A stretch of 54,952 bases of DNA, counting the filler, from Catajapyx aquilonaris (taxonomy: Eukaryota), in NCBI GenBank assembly GCA_000934665.2. It is 3 parts of 3 records of this genome, joined end to end, with 100 filler letters (N's around TTAATTAATTAA, not from the genome) between each part and the next. Parts side by side here need not be neighbours in the genome. Positions count along the whole stretch, not along the records: positions 18,349 to 36,608 come from JYFJ02006736.1; positions 36,709 to 54,952 come from JYFJ02006737.1; 1 more part is not named here. One strand, written 5' to 3'. The notes under the pieces were generated by a model, which was given only the letters and a program-made list of their open reading frames with translations, searched no databases and was not told the origin of the DNA. This document shows positions 35,783 through 45,791 of the stretch, piece by piece. Position 1 is the stretch's first letter. Every line of letters starts with the position of its first letter. Position numbers and translations under genes: made by a program.

Positions 35783-36262
35783 AGGGACACTCCACTCAAA
35801 ATACAAGTTGGGTTCTAAAAATCGGGCAAAAAATCCTGATTCCGAGGGTATAAGCAGTTTTTCTTAGAGGCGAACGGTAAGGCCAGTGTGAAAGCTGGAA
35901 GTGTGTCGTTCGAAAACCGCGCGCGGGGCAGGTGGGCGCAGGTGGCGACGCCACCAGAGTGGAACCGGGCGGAACTAGAGAAGGTGCCTGGCGCGGCCAG
36001 GGTCCCCTACATGGTTGCCTGCCCCACCCTAACTGTCTAACTGTCTAGGTGGGGGAGGCACTCATGTAGGTGACCCTGGGCGCGGCTCCACCTCTACTTC
36101 TCCGGTTTGCCGCGAGATGCTGTTGTATCGCCCTTCTTAGCAGACGACGTGTGTCGATATATTATTTTTCGTGGCCGTAGGAAAAAACTGATTGCACATT
36201 CGGAATCAGGTTTTTTTGCCCGATTTTTGGGGGCCAACTTGTATTTTGAGTGGAGTGTCCCT
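35783..36262. mobile_element. TTAA-targeting element with AGG termini (Kolobok-like)
   Basis: TTAA at 35779-35782 and 36263-36266; TIR of about 60 bp AGGGACACTCCACTCAAAATACAAGTTGG..AAAATCGGGCAAAAAA.CCTGATTCCGA; GC-rich internal inverted repeat. Confidence 0.8.
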
Positions 36263-36272
36263 TTAACGCCAG

Positions 36273-36482
36273 AGGAGTCTTGACAGAGAGGAGCCTGAGC
36301 CACAGGAGGTCCTCCCTGAGGATGAGTCAGATGATTCCTCAGGGGAGAGGGAGGACCCCCTGTGGCTTTGTGCAAGAGCCACACATGTGAACATGTCGGT
36401 ACCAAAGGCTCTCAGACCTAGATTCGTTGACATCTTCTGTGTGCAACATTACCCTGGAGTGGAGGTTAAGTTTGATGACTGA
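36273..36482 (+). CDS. Candidate acidic exon (RSLDREEPEPQEVLPEDESDDSSGEREDPLWLCAR...), possibly of the polyQ gene
   Basis: Follows cgccAG (36271-36272); open in phase 0 to TGA at 36480-36482; removing 35783-36262 restores the tract tttttcttctttaacgccAG; 3' boundary uncertain. Confidence 0.35.
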   Translation, partial: RSLDREEPEPQEVLPEDESDDSSGEREDPLWLCARATHVNMSVPKALRPRFVDIFCVQHYPGVEVKFDD

Positions 36483-36608
36483 TGGTCTGGTGATGCAGAT
36501 GAGTTATAATGTGAAACTTTGCGACATCATTGCCAGTCTGCCCTGGATTGATTCCTGGGGTGAGAGGAAAAGGGAAAGGAATATATGTTTACGACCATAT
36601 CTTCAATT

Positions 36609-36708
36609 NNNNNNNNNNNNNNNNNNNNNNNNNNNNNNNNNNNNNNNNNNNNTTAATTAATTAANNNNNNNNNNNNNNNNNNNNNNNNNNNNNNNNNNNN
36701 NNNNNNNN
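36609..36708. other. Artificial 100-bp spacer
   Basis: Identical 44 N + TTAATTAATTAA + 44 N. Confidence 0.95.
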
Positions 36709-36937
36709 CTGGTCCAACCCATAAATGGAATGCAAATAATTTGACTGGGAAGCATAGAATGCATGGTTAGAGTTTTAAATTAATAATAACAACAACAACA
36801 ACAACAACCTGTACACTCCTCTTTTGGCCACCCCATGGTGATGATTGTGATGCTCACCTGGCAAGGATGATGCTGAGTCCCACAGGCACGAGTTTCCTCC
36901 TAACTGCTCAGTTAATGACAATTGGTTACACACTGTA

Positions 36938-37102
36938 CAGTGTTGGACATTAATCGAGTCATAATGTTAGCAAGATTTTCCGANGAAGAGGCAGAAGAAC
37001 TAATCTTTCTTGCACGGCTTGCACTATCCATATTTTCGATTCGTTCTTGTGCCGCTTCGGAAAATGTCGCTAGCAGTATGACTCGATTAATGTCCAACAC
37101 TG
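36938..37102. mobile_element. Tc1-like palindromic MITE
   Basis: TA-CAGTGTTGGACATTAATCGAGTCATA ... TATGACTCGATTAATGTCCAACACTG-TA; empty-site-like acactgtactccc at about 42058. Confidence 0.85.
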
Positions 37103-37431
37103 TACTCCCGATTATCCATGCTAATGATTGCATGGGTGTGCCTGAATGTTCGGAAACACGGAAAATCTGTTAATGGTCCTAGATACCTGAAAATGAGCTA
37201 TTCGTAGGTTTTTAATGAACTACTCGAACTACTGTACGTACTGTATGCTGCTTTAAATGAAATTTAATCAAAATAATAAAATTTACTATAGATTTCTAGT
37301 TTGTCTTCTGGAAAAAGTATTACATTTCTTCGACATTCTCTCATACTTTTTTTTCTACCTTTTGTTTTTGACGATGCACAGATAATCCACAACATGGATA
37401 ATCTGCACCCAAGACTAGGAAGTACACTATG

Positions 37432-38011
37432 CAGGGTGTATATTGTAATTCGGGACAGACTTCTAGGGGTGCAGGAGCTGCCTAGGGAAGCAATTTGAGA
37501 TAGGACACCCATGGTTGGAAACCCATCCCAATGGCTCTAGAGGGCCTTCAAAATCCCATTATTGTATCAATTGAGGCGTTGATAGGAAAAACAACAGATG
37601 TCCAAAAATTTCACACGAGCAATCGTGTGTCAGAGCACAATATCCCGAGATTATCGGGCGCCTGTGTCATTTTTCTAAGTAATATTTTAAAACATTCAAG
37701 AGTCATCCAACAAGGAGTTTTTTTGTGTTTTTCTCAAAATCATGCTTTTGTGATATCTGTTGTTTTTCCTATCAACGCCTCAATTGTTCAATCATTGAAA
37801 GAAATTGTTTATAACAACTAAACAATAAGCACAATGGAAAACACAACAATATCGGGATATTGCAACAATGGGATGTACTGTATATGTGCCTTGGAGGCCC
37901 TGTAGCGCCGTTAGGATTGGTTTCCGGTCATGGGTGTCCCATCTCAAATTGCTTCCCTAGGCAGCCCCTACACTCACTAGAAGTCTGTCCCGAATTACAA
38001 TATACACCCTG
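37432..38011. mobile_element. Mariner-type MITE with about 80-bp TIRs
   Basis: CAGGGTGTATATTGTAATTCGGGACAGACTTCTAG ... CTAGAAGTCTGTCCCGAATTACAATATACACCCTG-TA. Confidence 0.85.
37573..37781. mobile_element. AATT-flanked GAG..CTC MITE (Sola-like?) nested in 37432-38011
   Basis: AATT-GAGGCGTTGATAGGAAAAACAACAGAT ... ATCTGTTGTTTTTCCTATCAACGCCTC-AATT. Confidence 0.8.
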
Positions 38012-38075
38012 TATATGTAAGTAACAACAATCTTGTTTGATTCACCGTTTGGTGAAGATGTACAAGACATTTGGA

Positions 38076-38298
38076 GGTACACTAGCGAGCATAAAGATGT
38101 GGAGTGTCGACCAGAGCCCTTCCTGTGCCTGGGTGCTCCTTGCACGGCCTCCGCCCCTCATCAACAGCACCAGGGTATACCTACTAGTTTGGGACACGCT
38201 GAGAACACCATATGTTGATAGTGTAATGATGACATTGGCTGCTCCTCTACCAGCAAGGGTAGTACTACCGTCCACATCTTTATGCTCGCAAGTGTACC
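38076..38298. repeat. Inverted-repeat element, unclassified
   Basis: GGTACACTAGCGAGCATAAAGATGTGGA / TCCACATCTTTATGCTCGCAAGTGTACC. Confidence 0.6.
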
Positions 38299-38844
38299 AT
38301 TCCATAGCACAATTGGGAAGTCAGTGTCATCTGCCTTTTTTTTTTTGCTGCATTGTTCTTGTTGAGAAGGAGAAAATGCATGTGGTAGGCTTTGTTGGAC
38401 TAGCTTTCGACACTTTTTGTCCACTTTCAAGGTTTGTCGAAATCATTATGAACATCCACTTCACCTGGCTTGCTTCTGTAGGGTGTGCCTCTGCCCAAGT
38501 TGACAACATCTAACATGGGGCATGGCTAAGAGTTTATGGAATATAGTGACTCCTAGGCTAAATTCAAGCACCACTCGAGGCTCAGAACAAGGTCTACATT
38601 TACGACAGTCATTACATTGCCAGGGGGTGACAGATCCGTCTGGATCCGTCAACACTTCCCTGTCCGTTGTCATCCAGATCATCAACTTGGGCAGAGGAAC
38701 ACCCTGTATGATCATTTTGGGGGCTTGAGTCACATGCAAATCAAAGATTACACGTCAATAATTATTTTATAAAAGAAGCTTTGAAGTACTTCAAATATCA
38801 GGGTAGCCTGAAAGAGTTTAAGAATTCATTTCTCTTCTTAACAG

Positions 38845-39145
38845 AGTGCTGGTGTTCTCCCCACACCCGATTGAACAAGTGATGGTTCGTGTCGATGAAG
38901 AGGAATGGCGTGTCTGCCACCATGTGGACGGCCCCCTCTATGTCACACCATGGCAACCACAAGCCTACTTACAAGGCCTCCATGTTGTTGAGGTGGAAGT
39001 AACTGACAGCCACAGGGATGGGGAGGAGGAGGGTAGTGGGGTGAAAAGGCACCACAGAGTTGAGCAGCCATTTTCACTGGATGGGACCCAACTGAGCTTC
39101 CGGTTTCTTCCAAGGCTGCTCCTAATGACGAATGTCACCATGGTG
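38845..39145 (+). CDS. TMEM62: TMEM62 internal exon (Ig-like region)
   Basis: tctcttcttaacAG|A GTG: VLVFSPHPIEQVMVRVD..GPLYVTPW..GLHVVEVEVTDS..QPFSLDG; donor GTG|GTCAGT in phase 0. Confidence 0.85.
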
Positions 39146-39367
39146 GTCAGTATACTATACAAGGTGTCAAGATGATTGACACAAAACTAGAAATTCATCT
39201 CAAAATCAGCTTGTGCACATTTCCTGATTACATCATTCAAAGGAAGTGATTAAAAGTTTTCTCATTCCAGTGACTGCATCTTCTCTGAATTATGTGTAAG
39301 CAATGGGTGGATGTGAAAACTATTAACATGTTTATTACGGTCATTTGTTCATCATTCATTTAAAATT

Positions 39368-39616
39368 GAGGCGCTCGGAGGAAGAATGGCATGTCCCAAC
39401 TGACCTCCAATTTTGAGATTTTAGTGCTGTTGTACTCTCCTTCCATCTACCTTTCATGTGTTGAAGTACCAAATTAATTGGGACATGTTAAAGCTCATAT
39501 ATTCCACTTGTAAAATTTGTGCGTAACTTTAGCTGCATGATAAAGCGAAACACAAAAAGCCACTTTTCTCGAAATGAACTCCAGTTGGGATATGCCGTTC
39601 TTCCTCTGACCGCCTC
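39368..39616. mobile_element. AATT-flanked GAG..CTC MITE (Sola-like?)
   Basis: AATT-GAGGCGCTCGGAGGAAGAATGGCATGTCCCAACTG ... CAGTTGGGATATGCCGTTCTTCCTCTGACCGCCTC-AATT. Confidence 0.78.
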
Positions 39617-39825
39617 AATTTACATAAAGCTTGTCCCTAATTGAAAGAGTTTAGCTTTGCATGACTGCATTACATTACAAGGACCTTTATTCTCATGATG
39701 TACATACGAGGGGGATTCGGAAAGTCTTTACACTTTATTTTTTTGCCACATATACAGGGCAAATGCAGGTCGGCAGATAGGCGCACATAATCGATAGAAC
39801 CCTTCTGGAGCCGAATGCACTGGTA

Positions 39826-39935
39826 TCATCAGTGTGGGCTGGCCGCTCGACACACACCATGTAAGTTACATGGTGTGTGTCGAGCGGGCAGCACACACGT
39901 CAGGATGACTGGGAAAGTTCTTTTTGCACTGTTGA
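39826..39935. mobile_element. TA-flanked hairpin MITE, internally deleted copy of 35407-35547
   Basis: Same core CGACACACACCATGTAAGTTACATGGTGTGTGTCG and right arm GTCAGGATGACTGGGAAAGTTCTTTTTG. Confidence 0.8.
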
Positions 39936-40353
39936 TACCAGTGCTGGTTTTACATAGTAGCATATGTATCACGTGCTACGGGTCCCGCGTGGATAGAGCC
40001 CCTGGCTGATGTGTACACTGGTGCCCTGATTATAAGAAATTTCCCATAAGCATTGCAAATTATCTTGCACAAGTACAGGGTGGGGCAAAAGTCATGGGCG
40101 GATAAAGACGACGCAGCATGGCGCAAGTAACAAATGATTATACAGGGTGTATCATAATCACAGGTCAAGCGCGCGCGAGGGGGTGGGGAAAAATTGTAGG
40201 TGGCGACAACCCCGGTCGGTTTTATAAAATAATTAGAAATACGGCCGTTATTTATTTATTTATTACGGCTTACGCCGTGACATCACATCCTTTCTGTATT
40301 CGAATTGACCCCCGCGGACTGGAAAATGCAAGGCAAATGCTTTCGGTTGAACT

Positions 40354-40531
40354 TGGTTGAACGAGTTTTTAGTCTTGCGGGTTGCACTGAAAAAGGCGCT
40401 CTCATGCTACACCGGCAGGGTACTGAACACACCACTGTACAGTAGTACACTACGTTGCACAGTACCCTGCCGGTGTAACATGAGAGCGCCTTTTTCAGTG
40501 CAACCAGCAAGACTAAAAACCCGTTCAACCA
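40354..40531. repeat. About 180-bp palindrome, probably part of a repeat starting CAGGGTG at 40143 (homologue at 42249)
   Basis: TGGTTGAACG.GTTTTTAGTCTTGC..GTTGCACTGAAAAAGGCGCTCTCATG.TACACCGGCAGGGTACTG and its reverse complement. Confidence 0.75.
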
Positions 40532-40788
40532 GGGGGGTGGGGGGTGTAAATCCGGTTCTGTTTTGCAAGTGTCAAAGCTCGAAGGCTGCATTAATCCCAG
40601 CTATGATGGATAATTACTTTGAAGTTAGAGTGTATATATTGATTTTTTAATCTGTTTAATTCAGTTCAGGATAATACTAGCAAATGTTTTCAGCAAAGCC
40701 ATCCTAACAGGTGCATTAGAGATCAACTGCATCCTAGACAAGTCATGGACCAACAATCCAAATATATGTTGTTCTCTAAATTGCATTT

Positions 40789-41159
40789 TTTATTTTTTTA
40801 TTTTTTATTTTTTATTTTTTATTTTTTTACGTTACCCTGTGATAAGGCTGAGCCTTTTTAGGGGGGTGGAATACCACCATTTCACTCCATTTTCCTATAT
40901 TAACTTCATTCACCGGTGCAAGGAGTCAAGGATGTAGGGTAGGGATAGGGATTTTTGGGGAGGGAACATTGGTGCAAGTGCAATGTCGGTAAAGGGGTCA
41001 TGTGCTGTTCCCCAGGAGGTTAGGTTGCCAGACACCTCCTTGGTGCAGGTCAGAGACCCTCCTGACGCAGGTGAAAGGAAAGTTCCCCAGGCGAGGATCG
41101 AACCTGGGGCCTTTCACTCAGCAAGCGGAGACGTTACCATCTCGGCCACCACACCTCCC
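40789..41159 (-). mobile_element. Complete tRNA-derived SINE with A-rich tail and TSD
   Basis: TSD CTCTAAATTGCATTT at 40774-40788 and 41160-41174; minus-strand A box GTGGCCGAGATGG, B box GGTTCGATCC; (AAAAAAT)n tail. Confidence 0.88.
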
Positions 41160-41309
41160 CTCTAAATTGCATTTAATGAAAGCAATATTACCGTTTCTCC
41201 ATTAGCAATATACCCAAGATTACCGTCATTCAGTCATAATTTTTCCCGTGTACCCGAGGACGTTGCGAAAGTATGCAATTATACTTAATGGTATATATCA
41301 AGGGGTTAA

Positions 41310-41434
41310 CCACTCAACTGCAAAGTGTACACTGGAGTATCAAATTCAAGGAGTACCCAGGAGTAAAAAAGATTAAGGTAACTAAGGAGTACCTGGGAGT
41401 ACCACTGCAGGTGTACACTGGAGTACCGAAGTGG
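41310..41434. mobile_element. Small TTAA-flanked piggyBac-like MITE with GGAGTA repeats
   Basis: TTAA-CCACT ... AGTGG-TTAA; GGAGTA recurs six times. Confidence 0.55.
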
Positions 41435-42518
41435 TTAACCCATTGGTATATATCCTGGGAATTAATAAGGAAGCCCTGCTATTAGAGTGCCACAGACCCC
41501 GCAGATCCTTAACCCTGCCTTGACTGGTACCATGGTGTGGCAACCTCTCCAGGCCCTCCTGGAACCACCTTTTGGAGGTGCGGCATACCTACTCCCAGGC
41601 AACTAATCACAGTCAACAACTGTCAACAATGTCCTGAAAATGGCATCGACGAAGGTTTTTTTTTTCATGGATCTGGGTTTGGGTGCTTCCACACCTATCG
41701 TATTCCCCCGATATGGCACCCAGTAACTTTCACCTGTTCAAATCCATAAAAACAACCTTCGCCAACGCCATTTAAAGGACATTGTTGAACAGGAAGTAGT
41801 TGTCTGGGAGTGGGTGCGTCGCACCTCCAAAAAGTGATTCTTGCAAGTCCTAGAGAGGTTGCCACAACCGTGGTGCCAGTGCATTCGGCTCCAGGAGGGT
41901 TCTATCGATATTGTGTGCCTATCTGCCGACCTGCATGGACCCTGTATTTGTGGCAAAGAAATAAGTGTAAATACTTTCTGAACGCCCCTCGAACATTTGC
42001 TGAAACTGAGGAAAGAAAGATGTTCCCATGGGAGGCACTAATGAAAATTTTTTGACTACACTGTACTCCCAATTATCCAGATTATCCATGTTGTGGATTA
42101 TTCATGCAACACCCCCCAAAAAAGTTAGAAATGAAAGTCTGAAAGAATATCAGTAAAGACGAAGATATATTTTCCAGAAGAAATTAAAAATCTGTGATAT
42201 GTTTTATTCTTTTGATTAAACCTTATTTAAAGCAGGATACAGTATGTACAGGGTGTTTCAGAGTCACGGGTCAAGCGCGCGTGAGGGGGTGGGGAAAAAT
42301 CGTAGGTGACGACAACCCCGGTCGGTTTTATAAAACAATTAGATATACGGGAGTAATCAATTATTTTATGGGCTGCTTTTTTTTCGTTATCCCGATTTTC
42401 GGGATCAAGGATTAACTATGCCAGTGCTTTATGTAGTGATTTTGTCTATTATTCACCCAAATACTGATTCTATGAAATTTATTTGTGGTGGATGTTAACT
42501 TTTTATTTTCATCCACAG

Positions 42519-42600
42519 TTTCAAACCATGTTTGGCATCGTCATTGTCCTCTGTGTGGTTCCGCTATGCATTTTAAGGTTAATGCACAGGCTAGTCAAAG
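42519..42600 (+). CDS. TMEM62: TMEM62 exon (TM helix FQTMFGIVIVLCVVPLCILRLMHRLVK)
   Basis: ttttcatccacAG acceptor, AAG|GTAAGC donor; phase 0 in and phase 1 out, compatible with neighbours; not in the ORF track. Confidence 0.85.
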
Positions 42601-42727
42601 GTAAGCTTTTACTCAAACTCTTGGCTGGATTACAATAGCTTAAGATTTGTGCTATTGACAATTTATGCAAGGAAAGATTTACAGTAATACACCAGGTCCA
42701 TTTTCTCAGTTACCTCTGCTTTTACAG

Positions 42728-43031
42728 CGCAAAAGTTGCGTCGTCCTCGCTGCTCTATCCGCTTCTTCCACTGCTGGTTGCGGAAATTATGGCTGTTATC
42801 TACTGTGGACCGGGTATTCTACCCCTTGGCCATCTATGACCTGTACCTAGCAGTGGGTCCCTGGGCAGTGGGGGAGATAATTCAGGGCCACGTGGGCGTC
42901 ATCTTCCCATGGGGCATTCTTGTTGGAGGGTACTACTTGCCTGGATCATTTACATATGCATACGGATTTTGGCAGGTCCTCATGTTCAACCTGCCGCTAA
43001 CCCTCTTCCTTGCCCACTGTGTTGATTGCAG
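42728..43031 (+). CDS. TMEM62: TMEM62 exon
   Basis: ctgcttttacAG|CG; YLAVGPWAVGEIIQGHVGVIFPWGILVGG.YLPGSFTY.YG..Q is characteristic of the TMEM62 C-terminal domain; donor CAG|GTATGT in phase 2. Confidence 0.92.
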
Positions 43032-43313
43032 GTATGTATCACATGAATGTGGCAGAGTTATCTAGACAACAGTTCATTGCACAAGAGCCACACTTAGAGA
43101 AGTCCTGAAGGGCAAATGCATATTTATATTTGCAGATATGAAGTTACATTTTATTATGTCAAGTTATAAGGGAAGTCAATTTGTGTTTCACAAAATCAAG
43201 GTGTTATATATTAGGAGCTGTCAAATTACATATTTGTGGTCATCAAGTTGTAGGATTATGAGATGTTGATAGTATAGCTTGCGATACTATTCAGTGGCCT
43301 GCTTGTCCTATAT

Positions 43314-44187
43314 CCTCCTGAGACCTGAGAAGAATTTTTAACGCAATGTCAGTTCCTAGTGCATTTTCTGAACATTTTCCCAATAAGAAACAGAAAAAAA
43401 AATTAGTTTTAAAATATCGACAAAAATAGTGACAAACAACCAATGAGAACATTAGGACCCAATTGCTGCTACAAACGCAGAACGGATGAAAGCTTAAAAT
43501 TTAAATGCCACTTAATGGATCACTAACATAGTGCTCTATCCTCAAAACAATGTTTTTTAAATTCATTTGTGGAATTCGTGGTAGCAATTCCTACAATTAA
43601 AGATGAATGAAATTATTTTTGAACTCCACCACTCCAGGGATGGAGCTTGCTCCTTCCCTTCTTACCCACTAGAGTGGTACCTTGCTATTCTAGATTTTAA
43701 AACTCAACTGCATAGTGTTATGGGTGTATAGGTACAGGCACTTAAAGAAAAGTCATAGCCCATTCGGCTAAAAATGCAATTTTTCGGATGTCCATTTAAA
43801 TGGGCATTTGGTCTCAGGAAGAAAAGAAAATTACCAGTTCTCTACAGCAACAAAGATTGTCACAGACACATCTTTTCGTATTTCCTAATACACATTCCTT
43901 GCGAATCCCAGGACATTCACTGCATTGCAAAAATCGCACTCTAAATATGAGTAAAAAAAATAAAACTGATCAGATGAGCGCCTAGCTTCAGCAGCGGAAT
44001 CCGCCATTTTATCCGCGATTTAATTTTCGCGGCCCAATTCAGATATTCGACTCTAGGTGGCTACACCTATTGAGGCCAGATTGTAACCATGGGATACCAA
44101 CAGATTGCAGTTCTGTTGGCATCACTAGTTGGCGCCAAAAAAATCTTTTGCTGATGTCGACATATGTCGACACCAGGTCTCAGGAGG
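43314..44187. mobile_element. piggyBac-like element with ATAT TSD
   Basis: ATAT-CCTCCTGAGACCTG ... CAGGTCTCAGGAGG-ATAT. Confidence 0.85.
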
Positions 44188-44327
44188 ATATGGGAGCTCG
44201 AAACCAACAGACAGCTACCCATTCAGGGCCTAGATTTAACCTGCGCGAGGTGGCAATTCAACAGCCTTAGCGGCTGACTGTGTTCTTATTACAGGGTTAA
44301 TTTAGAAGGTGTCAGTAGGTTTAACCA

Positions 44328-44555
44328 CCGAAGCAGGTTGGCATGGTGGATAAGGCGTCCGACTGCTAATCGGGATGTCCTGGGTTCGAATCCCAGGGCC
44401 GGCAACCCTGACTGTGGTTTTCTGTGGTTTTCCACGGTCTTTCTAGGATAATTCCAGGGTCGCTTCCGTATAATAGGCCACAGCCGCTTCCTTCCTTCCC
44501 TATCCTTGGAGGTTGAAAGGCAGTGCTGGGCCAACCTCGTTAATATCAATTATAA
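44328..44555 (+). mobile_element. tRNA-Ser(GCT)-like SINE with TSD
   Basis: TSD AGTAGGTTTAACCA at 44314-44327 and 44556-44569; A box TGGCATGGTGG, anticodon loop CTGCTAA, B box GGTTCGAATCC; body GGCCACAGCCGCTTCCTTCC. Confidence 0.88.
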
Positions 44556-45424
44556 AGTAGGTTTAACCATGTACGAGCAGGACGGAAGTAACTGAACTGA
44601 ACTGAACATAATATGAAAGACTGCAACCTTCACTTTCTGGCAGTTCTGTTACCTCTGTACTACTTGTATCAACAGTGCAAAAAGAACTGTCCCAGTCATC
44701 CTGACAACTGATGATACATGGTTAAAACTGGCTTGACACATTTACCATTAATCGCGTAATAAGAACACAGTCTGCCTTGCTCGCTGTTGGATTGCCACCT
44801 CGTGCAAGTTAAACCTAGGTTCTGCATGGGTCGCTGTCTGTTGGTTCCTAGCTCCCAGATAGGACAAGCTGGCCACTGAATAGTATCGCAAGCTATGCTA
44901 TCGACATCTCGTAATCCTGCAACTTGACGGCCACAAATATGTAACTGCTGTGCTTTCCCTATCTTTAATGTTTGCACCACTTCTCTCCTTCTCCAGGCAT
45001 AAGCAGATTATGCCTAGTTGCCCCTATATTGTTTGGGCCAGTAATTATGGTGTTTCACTCTTACTAGAAATGCTTACTTCTGTGAAACTATGTACCAGTT
45101 TTTAACTGAATTTTAATCAGCCCAACATGCAGGTGAGCTGACCTGCCAGGCACAATTGTGGGATAAGAGGAGTATGGGACATGGAGATATCTATGGTGGG
45201 GATGCATACCCAACACCCATCCTCCCTATGCCCTCTTCTGTGGTCTCTCTGCCCTTCTTCCCTGTTGAGCCTCCACTTCCATGAACATAGTTTGTTTTAG
45301 GCTTATGTTTGCTATCCTGCCATAGTGCAGTAGTAGAGCTGTCAGTAATTATAGAATCAGAATTTATTGCAGCAACTGTGAACTATGAGAATATCATGCC
45401 AACATCTCTTCCTCACCTCTACAG

Positions 45425-45791
45425 GTTCCGCTCTTTTGAGAAGCCAGGCTCTTGTTCCCTCCTTCGCTGCGTATTCCGTCATCTCCCATTCATCTTCCTG
45501 CTAACCACCCAAATGATGTATGCCTACTTTTTCTGGCTGGCATATGGGACCATGGCTTTCCTGCTGGGACCCTTCCGAACCTGGTCCATGGCTGTGGCTG
45601 TGTACCTTTGGTATCAGTCTTTAACCCTTTCAAAAGGGTGTTTGAGAAGTGCAGCTGCCGTTTGGTCACTGCATCCTGGCTCTCCACCAGTGGAAGAGTA
45701 TGAATGCAGTGCTCCCTTGACAGGTGCTGGAGGTGTAGGAGCAGGAAGTGGGATAGAAGATGGAAATAGTGGCATCCCCGTTGATGGGTAG
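45425..45791 (+). CDS. TMEM62: TMEM62 terminal coding exon
   Basis: cctctacAG|G TTC, phase-2 compatible; YGTMAFLLGPFRTW matches the TMEM62 C-terminal motif; TAG at 45789-45791. Confidence 0.88.

Larger units (their letters stand above)
39707..41991. mobile_element. Mariner-type foldback (CGAGGGG termini) whose left arm is split by about 1.7 kb of other insertions
   Basis: 39707-39825 is the reverse complement of about 41872-41991; the arm resumes at 41523 (actggtaccatggtgtggcaacctctc) and pairs with about 41730-41880. Confidence 0.65.
43226..44944. mobile_element. Foldback element in a TMEM62 intron, interrupted by a piggyBac-like element and a SINE
   Basis: 43226-43313 plus 44192-44290 form the reverse complement of about 44757-44944. 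Confidence 0.75.

Noticed and set aside
36912..37173. Mirror-image ORF pairs on both strands (also 40283/40357 and 38037/38042)
   Set aside because: Artefacts of palindromic MITEs
38479..38706. Inverted NLGRGTP-coding segments as a LINE endonuclease relic
   Set aside because: The 25-bp inverted repeat is real, but the protein similarity is too short to support a call
44328..44405. tRNA-Ser gene (also tRNA-like heads near 27500, 41090, 49710 and 52862)
   Set aside because: They continue into SINE bodies, some with TSDs, and lack intact cloverleaves
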